From Amoeboaphelidium protococcarum X5 (Eukaryota; Fungi; Aphelidiomycota), in contig JALDTO010000179.1 of NCBI GenBank assembly GCA_023515725.1, positions 578,053 to 642,052 of the forward strand: 64,000 nucleotides of DNA, written 5' to 3'. Under the pieces are notes generated by a model. It had not been told where the DNA came from. It saw only the letters and a program-made list of their open reading frames with translations, and ran no database searches. A program made the translations under genes and the position numbers. Shown here in pieces: positions 63,658 to 64,000 of the stretch. Positions within the stretch are counted from its first letter, which is position 1, and every line of letters starts with the position of its first letter.

Positions 63658-63797
63658 ACTAACTGTGAAATAAATGCTGTCTTTAATTAAATTCTAACCA
63701 CCGCGCGCGCACGCGCGCGCGGCAGCCTTGTATTTAACAATAATAAACCGAATTATAACAGGCCAATCCATTAAAATTATTAAAAAAGGCACAGATA

Positions 63798-64000
63798 TCA
63801 CTACTTCTTACTGTTGATTGCATCCAAAATCTTTTGCTTGTATTCCATAATACCACTAGATCCTTCAATCTTGTCAGGATCATAGATGGAAGCAGTTGAT
63901 GTTGGATGGTACTTGGTGACGCTGCCTTCAGCGACTATCCACATCTCATTACAGACAGCATCAACAAATCTCGCGTCGTGACTGACCACCAACACACCTC
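63798..64000 (-). CDS. ABC-F ATPase (Gcn20-like), 3' end only
   Basis: GVLVVSHDARFVDAVCNEMWIV...EYKQKIL, ending TAG TGA. Confidence 0.8.

Larger units (their letters stand above)
57716..63730 (+). mobile_element. Helitron rolling-circle transposon, ~6 kb
   Basis: RepHel ORF. 3' GC hairpin CCGCGCGCGC-AC-GCGCGCGCGG (63701-63722) followed by CTTG|T at 63727-63731. The 5' end is inferred in the TCTTCTACT...ATAAG tract at 57716-57755 and its exact base is uncertain. Confidence 0.85.

Noticed and set aside
1-64000. Reading the fragmented ORFs as mass pseudogenisation
   Set aside because: Interruptions are only TAA/TAG, in frame and at Gln positions, in essential genes with no frameshifts. A code change explains them.

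Overview
Gene-dense eukaryotic nuclear DNA (about 37 protein genes in 64 kb, short 50-70 nt GT-AG introns) that uses a non-standard genetic code. TAA and TAG are read as Gln and only TGA is a stop (NCBI table 6), which is why the supplied standard-code ORF track is fragmented. The gene set is fungus-like (HSP78, THR1, HOM2, COX24, Mortierella-type delta-5 desaturase) but includes genes lost in yeasts and moulds (condensin II CAP-H2, Zwilch). Together with the code, this points by inference to the aphelid Amoeboaphelidium protococcarum, for which the code is already published. Accessory content: a ~6 kb Helitron written in the host code, with a 1478-aa RepHel ORF and an upstream cargo ORF that may be OB-fold; a MITE; two tandem F-box-like orphan genes bracketed by a partial duplication of a GPI-protein gene; an inverted pair of secreted-protein paralogs next to ABC-F sequences; and two unusually truncated conserved genes (EMC1 without its distal beta-propeller, and a SURP-less SF3A1/Prp21 fragment). 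All translations were done by eye and family calls come from recognised motifs, not database searches.
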